NCBI RefSeq assembly: GCF_009914755.1
Contig: NC_060925.1
DNA: 64,000 nt
Source: the human T2T-CHM13v2.0 reference genome, Homo sapiens
Reading direction: 5' to 3' (one strand)
The translations under genes and the position numbers were made by a program. Of this stretch, positions 1-15,395 are shown piece after piece. Position 1 is the first letter of the stretch. Every line of letters begins with the position of its first letter. The notes beneath the pieces are model-generated. The model saw only the letters and a list, made by a program, of their open reading frames with translations, was not told where the DNA came from and did not search any database.

Positions 1-1720
<1,720 letters not shown>

Positions 1721-1749
1721 CACAGAGTCTATTTAATAAAAAAAAAAAA

Positions 1750-1845
1750 TCTACTTGGAGATTGAGGTTACAGTGAGCTATGACCACACCACTGTACCCC
1801 AGCCTGGGTGAACAGAGTGAGACTCTGTCCATTAAAAAAAAAAAT
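1750..1845 (+). mobile_element. Alu right-arm fragment
   Basis: GAGGTTACAGTGAGCTATGA...CCAGCCTGGGTGAACAGAGTGAGACTCTGTC followed by an A-run. Confidence 0.8.
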
Positions 1846-2189
1846 TCCTTGAACTATACAAGCAATAAAATGAACTACAGATGTGATGAATATTACAAAT
1901 ACAGTGGTGAGTACAAGAAATCAAGGGAAAACATATACTATGATGAAATTTTACTATATTGTTTAATATTGTTTGAATAAGAATATATTGTTGATAAAAC
2001 AAGAAAAGCTAAGAAATGATTACCGGAAGGATAGTTTTTATCTCTGTGGAAGGGAGAATCAAGAAGGAACACTTGAGAGATTTCTGAGGGTGGTGGAAGA
2101 GTTTTATTTCCCATCATCATGGTGGTGTGTTATTTAAGTACTCATTTTCTAAGTCTTTAAATTGTACATATTTTTCTTCAAATACATTC

Positions 2190-2660
2190 TTTTAATTGAG
2201 GTGAAAATCACTTCACAGTCAAATAATCATTGTCAAATGTACTTTTCTGTGTTATTTAGTGTATTCATAATGTGCAACCAAAACTAACAGCTCTTTCTAG
2301 TTTCAAAATTTTTTCATCACACTCCAGAAACACCCTATACTCCATTAGGTAATCATTCCCTAACCTCCCCCTAAGCAGGTCCCCTCATAACTTTTAATCT
2401 GCTTTTTCTCTATATGGATGTGCCTGTCCTGAATGTATCATAAAAAGGAATCATACAATTTGTGACCTTTTTTGTGTGGCTTCTTTCGTTTAACATAATG
2501 GTCTCAAGATTCATCCAAGTTATAGTATATATATTTGAGTTTTTTTTATGACTAATATTTCATTATATGTATGTAACTGTTCACCCACTTATCACTGATG
2601 GACATCTGGTTTATTTTCATATTTCGAGTATTGTAAGTAATGCTGCCATAAATGTTCTAT
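2190..2660 (-). mobile_element. Old L1M 3'UTR fragment
   Basis: Antisense L1 3' motifs AATTGAGGTGAAAATCAC, GGAATCATACAAT, CAAGATTCATCCA, CTGATGGACATCTGG. Confidence 0.75.
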
Positions 2661-2793
2661 ACATCTAGTTTAATGTATTGCAATATATGTAAGATACATA
2701 TTGTGAAAAAAATAAGAAGGAAAAACATCTTGTTGGGACCGTGTGCATTACCAATAGTGGCATGTTGCTAAATATTGACAGACACAAAGATAA

Positions 2794-3215
2794 ATTAAGC
2801 ATGATCCTTACCCTCAAGGGTATGTACGGAATTTTGTTGTGGAATTACAAAAACAGTAATCTAACATTGCATATTTTAGAGCATCATTGTAGAATTGAGG
2901 CTCCCCCTTGAAGTAGTTTTAAGGTAATACAAATTGAGATAACACAGATAATTATAAAATATGAAGTTTGTACACGGATGATTAAGATACTTGGATCCTT
3001 AAGCATGATCATGATTAAGCATAATCCTTACCCTCAAGGGTATATATGGAATTTTACTGTGGAATTACAAAAACAGTAACCTAACATTGCACATTTTAGA
3101 GCTTCATTGTAGAATCGAGCCTCCCCTTGAAGTAGTTTTAAGGTAATACAAATTGAGATAATGCAGATAATTATAAAATATGAAGTTTGGACACATGATT
3201 GGGTAAGATACGTGG
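2794..3215 (+). repeat. Tandem duplication, 2 x ~200 bp (period 220)
   Basis: ATTAAGCATRATCCTTACCCTCAAGGG...GAAGTTTG begins at 2794 and again at 3014; ~14 differences over ~182 bp by manual alignment. Confidence 0.95.
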
Positions 3216-3750
3216 CTTGCCTGGATGCTGTGTTCAGCTAGACAGCTGTGATTTACAGGTGAATTACAAAAACCAACAACAACAACAAAACAAAACTACA
3301 GCTCTGAGATTCCTAATGATCATTGAAAAGAGAGGCTAGTCTGTACAATAAGATTTTTTTTTCAAAGTAAATATAGGTTATAGGTAGTTGTAGATAAGTT
3401 TTTGGATTGGAACATACAGTTTTATTTTTTTCCCAAGCATTCTCTAAAAGATATGAAGTCATATATCCATTGCCTAAAGTCAGTAAGTTCCATAAGTGAA
3501 AATAATTGATTTCTTCAATTGATAATTGATTTCTTCTCTTCCAAGGTAGTGATTCTCCTCTAGTCTTCAACCCCTAGAAAAAGGTGGTAGTATAGAAAGA
3601 GGTGGTATTGCTGTATTTATTTTTGGATAAGCTAAAAGCAGGGGGCTAATTCTCTATTAGTAGCTAAAAACAAAAAGTCCTGAGAAAGTTCGAATTTTTT
3701 TTCATATTTTTCTGTCAGAAGGTACAGAAAAATTGTGTTTATTAAATCTT

Positions 3751-5264
3751 TTTTTTTGTATTTTTTTTTTTTAATTGATCATTCTTGGGTGTTTCTCGCA
3801 TAGGGGGATTTGGCAGGGTCATAGGACAATAGTGGAGGGAAGGTCAGCAGATAAACAAGTGAACAAAGGTCTCTGGTTTTCCTAGGCAGAGGATCCTGCG
3901 GCCTACCGCAGTGTTTGTGTCCGTGGGTACTTGAGATTAGGGAGTGGTGATGACTCTTAAGGAGCATGCCGCCTTCAAGCATCTGTTTAACAAAGCACAT
4001 CTTGCACTGCCCTAAATCCATTTAACCCTGAGTGGACACAGCACATGTTTCAGAGAGCACCGGGTTGTGGGTAAGGTCATAGATCAACAGCATCCCAAGG
4101 CAGAATTTTTCTTAGTACAGAACAAAATGGAGTCTCCTATGTCTACTTCTTTCTACACAGACACAGCAATAATCTGATTTCTCTATCTTTTCCCCACGTT
4201 TCCCCCTTTTCTATTCAACAAAACCGCCATCGTCATCATGGCCCGTTCTCAGTGAGCTGTTGGGTACACCTCCCAGACGGGGGTGACAGCCGGGCAGAGG
4301 GGCTTCTCACTTCCCAGAAGGGGCGGCCAGGCAGAGGCGCCCCCCCCCCCCCCACCTCCCGGACGGGGCAGCTGGCCGGGTGGGGGCTGGCCCCCACCTC
4401 CCCCCCTGGACGGGGCGGCTGGCCGGGCGGGGGCTGCCCCCCACCTCCCGCCCGGACGGGGTGGCTGGCCGGGCGGGGCGGCTGGCCTGGCGGGGGCTGC
4501 CCCCCACCTCCCGGACGGGGCGGCTGCTGGGCGGAGACGCTCCTCACTTCCCAAATGGGTCGGCTGCCGGGCGGAGGGGCTCCTCACTTCTCAGACAGGG
4601 CGGCCGGGCAGAGACGCTCCTCACCTCCCAGACGGGGTCGCGGCCGGGCAGAGGCGCTCCTCACATCCCACACGGGGTGGCGGGGCAGAGGCATTCCCCA
4701 CATCTCAGACGATGGGCAGCCGGGCAGAGACGCTCCTCACTTCCTAGACGGGATGGCGGCCGGGAAGAGGCGCTCCTCACTTCCCAGACGATGGGCGGCC
4801 AGGCAAAGACACTCCTCACTTCCCAGACGGGGTGGCGGCCAGGCAGAGGCTGCAATCTCGGCACTTTGGGAGGCCAAGGCAGGCGGCTGGGAGGTGGAGG
4901 TTGTAGCTAGCCGAGATCACGCCACCGCACTCCAGCCTGGGCAACATTGAGCACTGAATGAACGAGACTCTGTCTGCAATCCCGGCACCTCGGGAGGCCG
5001 AGGCTGGCAGATCACTCACGGTTAGGAGCTGGAGACCAGCCCGGCCAACACAGCGAAACCCCGTCTCCACCAAAAAAATACGAAGACCAGTCAGGCGTGG
5101 CGGCACGCGCCTGCAATCGCAGGCACTGGGCAGGCTGAGGCAGGAGAATCAGGCAGGGAGGTTGCAGTGAGCCGAGATGGCAGCAGTACAGTCCAGCTTC
5201 GGCTCGGCATCAGAGGGAGACCTTGGAAAGAGAGGGAGACCGTGGGGAGAGGGAGAGGGAGAGC
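3751..5264 (-). mobile_element. Full-length SVA retrotransposon (probably an older B/C-type subfamily)
   Basis: In plus-strand order: poly-T 3751-3772, SINE-R ~3773-4270, GC-rich VNTR ~4270-4850, Alu-like region ~4850-5220, (GGGAGA)n hexamer ~5245-5263. TSD TGTGTTTATTAAATCTT at 3734-3750 and 5265-5281. Confidence 0.97.
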
Positions 5265-6120
5265 TGTGTTTATTAAATCTTAAAGCTAAATATCTTTAAG
5301 AATATTCTTTAGTAATTGCTTCCTTTCTACACACAGACACACATGTATATTTATTTATCATGAGTAAGTGACAGGTGATTCAGTGCCAATCTGAGTTCCT
5401 AAAGGTTACACAGTTCAATTTATTTGTTTTTATTGTTTTGTGATTAGCAGCAATAATGTTAGTAATAGTAGATACACTCTCTTCATATGTGAAGACTGAT
5501 GATGTCCCGTGTGCTTAGAGCTATTTTTCTAGTAGTCATGGTAGATTTGCACTAGTTTACTCATTCTAGATCTCCTTTAAACATTATACATTTGTAGTAT
5601 TACTGATAATGTGTGTAAATGACTGATCTGCTAGCCAAGATTAGGTGTGTCTGGGTCATATTTTAAGTGATCCCCTTAATTTCAGACTTGTTTCAAAAAG
5701 GATTTTATGCATCTTTCAGTAATAGAGTAAGACAAAGTAATTAGCTAAGGAAATCAGGATGACTGGAAAATGAGCACAATTGAGTGGCATTTTGTGCCTG
5801 GTACTTTTCTGACCATCTACTGGCTCTCTCTTGTTCCTTCACCTTACCCTGCTTGGGGGCTTATCTCTGCTTGGTTCCTTACCATTCATTCATTAGTTCC
5901 CACTTGAGGCATGGCATTTATCCCAAAATTCTTGAACCTCGGTGGGCTTTTCCCCCCTCTGCACAGCTCCTAAGGGACTAAGGTACTAGGGCATCTTATT
6001 TTTTCTTTTGTGGCCTTCCAGAATAGTTCCTTGCTGCCCTCTTCTGGCTGAGACCTTAGGGTGTTGTTGAGCAAATTTTGGTTTTTAATCCTTTAAATTC
6101 CAGCAATATTTTGGATAAAC

Positions 6121-6296
6121 CAGTGGTTCTCAAGCCTGGCTGCGTATTAGAATCACTCTGGGGAGTTTTAAGAAAACTACCACTGTGTGGGCCCCACTTT
6201 TGGAGGTTCTGATTTAATTGGTCTTGGGGTGGAGGTGGGAGGCTGGTTTTTTTTTAGGGGATTAAAATCTCTAGCCAGTGATTAAGATCTAACCAC
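6121..6296. mobile_element. MER5-type hAT-Charlie DNA transposon relic
   Basis: CAGTGGTTCTCAAGCCTGGCTGCGTATTAGAATCAC...TTCTGATTTAATTGGTCT. Confidence 0.75.
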
Positions 6297-6594
6297 TAGG
6301 ATAAATGACCCTTGGAATCCTGAAGGGCTTGTGCTACTTAGATATAGTCCTCACATTTTTAGATATCATAATGGATTTTTAAAAAATAGCATTAAAGTTA
6401 GAAATACAGGAGTATTTCTACCCTCTCAGGAAAAGAATAGTTTATACAAGGAATGATATGAATAAGCAATAGGATCTAAGGTCTTTGTAGTGTCTACTAA
6501 TACCAGAAGAGATTTTGGGAAGATACTTTGTGTTATCATTTGCCTGTTTGGTTTTCTGTTTCTCAATTTTCATTTCCTCTGTTTCTGTTTTAAG

Positions 6595-6880
6595 GGCCAA
6601 GCCACAGGCTTCTGCATGAGTTTGGCCATTGACAGATACTAGCGGAAGATTGGAGGACAGGTAGAAGGGAGAAGCCAGGGTATTTTTTGGTTGTCATGTC
6701 TGGTAAAGGCTATTTCTCTGGTAGGGGCTTCTTGTCCTTTGTGACTTTAGCTCTTATCAGAGAGCTCCTCCTTCCATGGTCCAAATGTGTGCTGGAAAAT
6801 TTCCTGTATTAGTAGCTATGTCTTCTATTAAATATATGGAGAGGTTTCTGTTTTTTTGATTGGACTCCTATTTGATGTAC
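6595..6880. mobile_element. Degenerate ERVL LTR fragment (LTR33-like)
   Basis: GGAAGATTGGAGGACAGGTAGAAGGGAGAAGCCAGGGTATTT and end motif GTTTCTGTTTTTTTGATTGGACTCC. Confidence 0.45.
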
Positions 6881-7210
6881 CCTGTAAATACTACAATATG
6901 CTTCTCTTTCCTCTCTTCTGTGTTTCTACCTTTCCTCCTATCTGTTCTTTGGTACTTTTCCTACTCCGGTGATAGCCACCTGAATTCTGAACAATATTTA
7001 TAACAGTTAGGGTTAGGGGGCATTGCTCTTAAATTGGAGTCTCTAATTTTATGGAATGTTCTTTCTAAGTTTTACTTTTTTACTTTCTGAAACTTGTAAA
7101 GCATTCATACGATATTATTTCTTAGTTGGATTAGAAACGTGATGGGAAATAAAACTTTAATATGAACTTGTTGAATACAGTTTGTTAGTAGATACAATTT
7201 GTAATCATCC

Positions 7211-7345
7211 TGTTTTGTTTGTTTGTTTGAGGTAGAGGTCTTACAGCCCAGGCTGATCTTGAACTCTTGGGCTCAAATGATCCTAACCATTGAAACCTCT
7301 TGAGTAGCTGGTAGATTACCAGCACATGCTACCATGCCCAATTTA
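7211..7345 (-). mobile_element. Alu monomer (FLAM/FRAM/AluJ fragment)
   Basis: (TTTG)n tail followed by CCCAGGCTGATCTTGAACTCTTGGGCTCAAATGATCC. Confidence 0.8.
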
Positions 7346-7459
7346 TCATCTTTTTAATAATGCTTTTTGTTTGTTAATTATTTTGTTGAGAATACTGTTG
7401 CAGCTACTTTGTTTTTAACATTTTGACCCATGATACAAATCTCTCTTACTAAACTTTAG

Positions 7460-7804
<345 letters not shown>

Positions 7805-7885
7805 TGAAGGAGTATTAGGATCTTTAGTTTCTAAAAGTGGCGTATTAACTAGCTCTTTATTATGTAACCATTTGTACTATATTTC

Positions 7886-8865
7886 TTATTTTTTAATTTT
7901 TAAAAATTTCAAGAGCTTTTGGGGTACAGGTGGTTTTTGGTTACATGGGTGGATTATATCGTGGTGAATTCTGAGATTTTAGTTTGCCTCTCACCAAAGT
8001 AGTGTACATTGTACCCAATATGTAGTCCTTTATTCCACATTCCCCTCCCCTTCTCCCCCTACTGAGTCTCCAAAGTCCATTACATCACCCTGATTGGTTT
8101 TGCATACTCATAATGTAGCTCCTACTTATAAGTGAGAACATAGGGTATTTGGTTGTCCATTCCTGAGTTACTTCACTTAGAATAATGGCTTCCAGTTCCA
8201 TCCAAGTTGCTGCAGAAGACATTATTCTGTTCCATTTTATGTCTGAGTAGCATTCCATGGTGTATATATACCACATTTTGTTTATCCACTCATTGGTCAT
8301 TGGGCACTTAGGTTGGTTCCATACCTTTGCAGTTGTGAATTGTGCTGCAACAAACATTTATGTGCCTGCGTCTTTTTCATATAATGACTTCTTTTCCTTT
8401 AGGTAGATATCCAGTAGTGGGATTGCTGGATTGAATGGTAGACCTACTTTTAGTTCTTTAAGGAATCTCTGTACTGTTTTCCATAGAGGCTGCACTAATT
8501 AACATCTGCACCAGCAGGGTGTAAGTTTCTGTTTTCACCACATCCATGCCAACATGTATTGTTTTATGACTTTTTAATGGCCATTCCTTCAGGAATAAGG
8601 TGATATCTCATTGCGGTGTTAATTTGCATTTCCCTGATGATTAGTGATGTTGAGCAGCGTTTCATATGTTTTTTGGCCATTTGTATATCTTCTTTTCAAA
8701 AATGTCGTTTGCCCACTTATTGATGGGATTATTTGTTTTCTTCTTACTGATTTCTTTGAGTTCCTTGGAGATTGTGGATACTAGTACTTTGTCAGATGCA
8801 TAGTTGGCAATTATTTTCTCCCATTCTGTGGGTTGTCTGTACATTCTGATGATTATTTGTTTTGC
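7886..8865 (-). mobile_element. L1PB/L1MA-type 3' end (ORF2 C-terminus plus 3'UTR)
   Basis: ORF track gives L1 ORF2-like peptides on the minus strand (KVWNQPKCP...WMELEAIILSE; [17 protein letters not shown]). Confidence 0.92.
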
Positions 8866-9028
8866 TGATTTGCACTATATTTCCTTTGATGTGGTATTTA
8901 TTTATTTAGATGTAGGCTTTGCATGATATCCAAAGCATATATATGTATTTGGTAACACAGTTTTTGAAGTCTTGAGTTTTGTGTGGTTTTGGCTTAGGTA
9001 ATCTTTGGATTACTTATTTCTCCAATCC

Positions 9029-9303
9029 TTTTTTTTTTGAGCGAGGTCTCACTCTGTTACCCAGGCTAGAGTGCAGTGGCACAGTTGAACCCTCCAGGCT
9101 CAAGTGATTCTCCCACCTCAGCCTCCCGAGTAGCTGGGACTACAGGTGTATGCCACCAGGCCCAGCTGTTTTTTTTGACTTTTTGTAGAAATGAGGTCTC
9201 ACTATATTGCCCAGGCTGGTCTCGGGACTCCTGGCCTCAAGCATTCCTCCTACCTCCGCCTTCCTAAGTGGTGGATTACAGGCATGAGCCAGCACACCCA
9301 GCC
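9029..9303 (-). mobile_element. AluJ
   Basis: Antisense Alu with J-type motifs (CTCCCACCTCAGCC, GGTCTCACTATATTGCCC). Confidence 0.9.
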
Positions 9304-10234
9304 TCCAGTCCTCATAAGTGGTTCTTCTAACTTTCTCTATTATTGTAGACGGTTTAAACGTCTTTACTTTAATCATTTGTTTAAAAAAAAAAGCTTCATG
9401 CTGCTAGATTTAAGATGCCAAGAAATCATATTTTTGGGAATTTAACTCTGTTAAAAATGAATGTTGTAAACTAATTTTATTCTCTCATATTTGTGTGGAG
9501 ACATAAGATGAATCATTAGTACCATTCAGCTGAGTAGTGTAGAAAACGGAATTGTTTTTCTTTGCTGAAAGAATTGAATAAAAATATTTTCATGAAGTTA
9601 TTCTTTGTACCAATTCCATGTAAGTAAGGTTGCTACAAATATATGATTTCTTGACATATATGCATGTCAAAGTATGTACTAAATATAAAGTGTTACTTTT
9701 CATACTTAATACTTTATCTTAATACTTTACCTACAGAGGTTTTCATTTAAAAGCCTGTTCTTAAAATTACATTAATCTTTCAGGCTTAAAATTGCCTTTC
9801 AGGTTTAAAATTTTACTTCTTAGTTCTAACCTCAGTTATAAGTCCCTGGTTAGGGTTCTTCTGAAACCTCAATTTGGATTTAAGGATACATTTTCTTTCT
9901 ATGCCCTTTTCTTTCTGAAGCACACATTTTTAACTTGTTTATTGAGCCTTTTTCTCTACTTGTGACTTATGGAAGTAGCTTTATAAACGTGTGTGTGTGT
10001 GTGCGCACGTGCCTGTGTGGAATTGCAGCAGAAGTCATTCCTTCTCAGCTAATTTCATGTAATTCATTTCAGCGTGAAGGTTGGAATGATCTAATGGTTT
10101 TCTAAGAGCTAGACTTTCATAATAATGTTACACATTAAAACACATAAACACAGTTGTATAGATGTTACTGAAACTTAGAATTATGATCATATGAAGTAGA
10201 AGAGTTAATTTTACAAATTTATAAAAACAATTTG

Positions 10235-10429
10235 GAGTTGGCTTTTTACTTCTAGCTGTAACTTGTTTACTGACAAGACTGAGTTATATAAAATATTTTA
10301 ATTAAGTATAAAATAATTTAAATATTTTAATTAAGTTATATAAAATATCTTAATTAAGAGTTGGCTTTTTACTTTTAGCAGTAACTTGTTTACTGACAAG
10401 ACTGAGTTATATAAAATATTTTAATTAAG
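10235..10429 (+). repeat. 72-bp direct duplication with AT-rich re-copied spacer
   Basis: GAGTTGGCTTTTTACTT...ATTTTAATTAAG at 10235-10306 and 10358-10429, 2 mismatches. Confidence 0.93.
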
Positions 10430-10442
10430 AGTATTTAGTTGG

Positions 10443-10739
<297 letters not shown>

Positions 10740-10999
10740 TGAGTATTTAGTTAAAGAGACAACTTTAACATTTTATAACAGAATGATTTTATTTTGTTTT
10801 GGTTATTCATCCTAACAATGCACATTTTACAAGTAATAATGTATTAATGCAAATAAACATGATTAAAATAGTTTCCTCTGTAAGCCATAACAGTGCTGGG
10901 AAGAATCCACAAGAAGTATAGGTCAGTTGTGAATAAAAAAACTGAATGAAAAATCTGCTTAATGAAATATAAATTAAAAGATTTTAAGCATAATTTTAA

Positions 11000-11304
<305 letters not shown>

Positions 11305-11679
11305 TAATTTTTCCGGTGATGGCATGAGTGAATGTCCACATTTAAAGTTATTTTGGTTCACACATGGCCTTTGTTTATTATTTATGAGAAAAAATTATAG
11401 AAATAATTTAAGGGTGGTACAGAAATGCAAATCTAGAGGACTTAAAATGTACATGAAAACTCCATTTGATATGACAAATAATTTACAGGTCAAATATTTT
11501 AATATTTATATATATAATAGATGCCAGTTAGCACAATTGACAAGTTCTCTTTTACGGAAAAGGCCCCAAAATGTCTTCTACTGATGCCAGATCAGTTGAT
11601 TATCTAGGGATAGATATCTGAAATAAGCTAGGCCAATTTGATTTTCTCACTCAGGAATTACTTTATTGACTAATTTTAT

Positions 11680-11775
11680 TAGTTCATTCAGTCAGCAAGT
11701 ATTTATTGAAGGCCTGTTACATGTTTGGTTGCTAGAGATACAATGATGGAAAATTCAGATAAAGTTTCTGCTCAA
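11680..11775 (-). mobile_element. L2 3' end fragment
   Basis: TTCATTCAGTCAGCAAGTATTTATTGAAGGCCT motif. Confidence 0.55.
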
Positions 11776-11881
11776 ACAAAGAAATTAAATTGGCTAGACA
11801 TGGAAATAGTGGCATCCAAGAGGGAAGGTCTATACATTAGTGCTGTTAAGGCCTATAGAACTCCTCTGATTCCTGTCATTA

Positions 11882-11916
<35 letters not shown>

Positions 11917-12794
11917 AAAACCTTGGCGGTTTAGTTATTTCTTCAGTTCTGTGAGCTACCCAAGCATCCTTCCAGTCTTTCCAATAAAACGGACCACCTC
12001 CTTCTTACTCTTATTTTTAATTTCTTAAATTTGTTTTAAGCCAAAAAACCCTAACCAATATATAAATTGGACCTAGGGTGAGGTTTTATTATTTACTCAG
12101 CTTAGGTCAGATGGTTAGATGTCTAGTCTTATATCTAACAGATTGGCTATGAAGATGTGGAATTTGAATAAAAGTGATAGCTTCTTTACACGTCCAATCT
12201 TAGAGTAGGGAAATGAGCATTTCACAGCAGAAAGTTTTGTTCTGAACAAAACAGAGTCCCTTGTAGTGTATATCTATCATATATACTGCATTATGTTTGG
12301 TTAGGACTTGAAAATTTTATTTCATTGCATCATGTTTTTGATCAAGAATTTGTAGGAATTTTGTGCAACAAGAGGTTATAATGTTAATACGTATTAATAT
12401 TCTGACCGAGGTTGAAGTCTTCATTCTTGAAAGAAAAAAAAAATGCAAAAGTATTCTGATCTCAGAAGATATGAAAACTATCACTCTTCAGAATTACTGG
12501 CTTTGTGTTTTGAACTAGCTCTTTCAATAGTTTAACCTTCAACTTTTTATACTTGTCATAACTTGTTTATTAAATGAATCACTATGTCACCACATTCTAT
12601 ACTGATTTACATAGAGAAGATGTTCAGTAAAAGTTGGCATGATTTAAATTTTACAACAATTAACCATAGAGTTTCATCATAAGATTGGTTTAAGTGCATT
12701 CATTATTGCAGTTGCAAGGTTATGAGTTGTTAATGTTTCAGAAAAATTTTTAAGGACCCCTTTTAAAAAACGTTTTGTGTTTACATATATACAT

Positions 12795-13289
12795 ACCTCC
12801 TTCATCCTAGGTTTCACTTTCTCTAGTTTCAGTTAGCCAAGGTCAACCTTGGTCTGAAAATTGATGAGTACAGTATAATAAAATATTTTGAGAGGGAGAG
12901 AGAGAACATTCACATGGCTTGTATTACAATGTTATTATAATCTATTTAATAATTATTTTTTTTTAAGAGATGGAGGTCTCATTCTATCGCCCAGGCTGGA
13001 GTGCAGTGGTGTAATCATAGCTCACTGTAGCCTTGAACTCTAGGGCTCAAGCCATCCTCCTGGCTCAGCCCCAAGTAGCTGGGATTACAGCCAAGAACCA
13101 CCACACCTGGCTATTTTATTATTGTTGCTGTTAATCTCTTATTGTGCCTAATTTGTAAATTAAACTTAATCATAGGTATGTATAGGATAAAACTTAGTAC
13201 ATATGTAGTGTTCAATATTGTTTGCAGTTTCAAGCATCCACTGGGGGTCTTGGGGCGCATCCCCTGGGGATAGGGTGCTGGGACTACTG
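12795..13289 (+). mobile_element. MER44-type Tigger relic, interrupted by a minus-strand Alu monomer at ~12955-13112
   Basis: GGTTTCACTTTC...CCAAGGTCAACCTTGGTCTGAAAAT start and CATCCACTGGGGGTCTTGG...GGGACTACTG end. Confidence 0.75.
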
Positions 13290-14536
13290 TGTTCCTTACA
13301 CAGTTTCATCTAATGTTAACATTTTGCATAACCATGGGACAGTTATTCAAACTAGGAGGTTGACATATATGTTATTAACTGCAGGCCTTATTTGAATTCC
13401 ACGTGTTTTTCTTCTAATGCCTTTCTTCTGATCAGGATATAATCCAGGATTGCACATTAGATTTAGTTGTCTTTATTCTGCAGTCTATAATAGTTCTGCA
13501 GACTTTTTGTCTTCTATGGCTACACTTTGAGTTTGTACAATGTGCTCTCATGATTGGGCCAGAGTTATGCATATTTGACAACAATATCACAGAAACAATA
13601 TGTCTTTTGTCATGGGGTTCACGATGTATGTCTTCTTTACTGGTGATAGCAACCTTGATCACTTGTTAAGGTGGTTTCTGCTGGGTTTCTCCACTGTAAA
13701 GCTATCTTTCCATTTGCAGTTAATAAATTTCTTGGGAGACACTTTGAGACTATGCAGATAAAATCTAAGGATCTTTCTTTGTTCTTAAATTTTTTTTTTA
13801 ATTTGTGTAAATTTATGGTCTTTTTTTTTTTTAAATCTAACTAATTACCAAGATCTATGGATTTATCATTCAAAATCAATCTTTCCTTTTTTTTGGATCA
13901 AGTTTAGATCAGTTTCCTTAAATTCATTTTATCATTCAATGATCAAGTATGCTAAAATGAAAAACGCTAGGGATGCGAAAATGAACAAGATGTAAATCTT
14001 GTAGTATCACCTAATAGTAGGCCTTGGCATTAGACAGATCTGATTTCAAACCCTAAATTCTAATCTTGGAGTCCTGTGAAGTTGTGCAAGTTGCTTACCT
14101 TTGTTGGGCCTCAAATTACCTCACAGAATTATTAGTAAGGGATAAATATGAAATTCTAGAAAGGCAAAACTAGTCTACAATGCCAGTACATTGTTGATTG
14201 CCTTGGGCTAAGAGTGGGAAGTTGACCCAAAGGGAGCTGAGGAACCTTTTGGGATGAAGGAAATATCTTCTATCTTAATTTTTTTCCCAAAACCTTATAG
14301 TGTACATTTGAAGTGAGTATATTTTATTGTAGGCAAATTATATTTTAATGAAATTGATTTGAAAACCAAGGTGGTTCTCCTTGAACCCAGTTTTCCATTT
14401 AATGGGATAAAATATGATATGTAGAATTCATAAGTCTTAAGGTTTTAGAAATCAGTCGTCTAGCTCTCCCTTATCCAGAGGAGTCTTGTGACAATTTAGC
14501 ATTTGCAGAGCAATTTAAGAGTTTAAGTCTATAGTT

Positions 14537-15395
14537 GTGACAGAGTAAGAAATATATTTTTGGTCCTACCCCCAGTTCCTGACACAGAGAACATGAAAGC
14601 CCTTATAATTTCCTGAGTTGTAGGAGTACTGTCCTATATTCTGTTTTAATATTTGGTCATTGACCCTGGTTCCTGTCTCAGAACTCCTAAATCCCTTTAA
14701 ATTTTTGGGGTGATAGTAGAGTCTTTTGTTCTAATGGGGTGACACTTGGGCTCCTGCATAGCTTCAGAATGGGGGCTGGTCACCAGAAAGTCCACACCAT
14801 AATTAGAACCTTGGAAATTTCAGCCCCACTCCCATCTTCTGGAAAGGGGAGAGGGACTGGAGATTGAATTAATAATCGATTATACCTACATGATGAATGC
14901 TAAAAATTATTAAACTGTGGGATTTGGAGAGCTTCTAGGTTGCATTGAAATGAGTCCAGAGAGGCCATGGGAGTTCTGTGCACCTCCTCTACCTTGCCTT
15001 ACACATCTCTTCCATTTGGCTGTTTCTGAGTTGCATTCATTATAATAAACTGGTAAATGTAACTAAAGTGCTTTCCTGAGTTTTGTGAATTGTCATAGTA
15101 AATTATCAAACCAAATGGAGGATGTCATGGAAACCTCTGATTTATAACCAATCCAAACAGAAGTTTGTGAATAACCTGAGGACCCCTACTTGGAACTGGC
15201 ATCTGAAGTGGGAACAGTCTTGTGGGACTGAACCTTTAAGCTGTGGGTTCTGCACTAACTCTGAGCAGAATTGGGTTAAATTGTAGGACAGTCAGTTGGT
15301 GACTGCAGAGAATTGGAGCATTGCTTGGTATGGAAAACCCACACATTAAGACCCACTGGTGTTTCTGTGTGAGTATAGGAGAAAAACAATGTTTT
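14537..15395 (+). mobile_element. MER21-type solo LTR
   Basis: TGTGA...AAGAAATATATTTTTGGTCC...CCCAGTTCCTGACACAGAG; internal AATAAA ~15045; GGAAAACCCACACAT near the end. Confidence 0.75.

Noticed and set aside
4236-5170. Overlapping 100-232 aa G/P/R-rich ORFs
   Set aside because: They come from the stop-poor GC-rich SVA VNTR and Alu-like region; not genes
4270-5220. CpG island as a host gene promoter
   Set aside because: Entirely within the SVA
11324-11584. 86-aa ATG ORF in unique sequence
   Set aside because: AT-rich codons, no recognisable domain, no splice or promoter context
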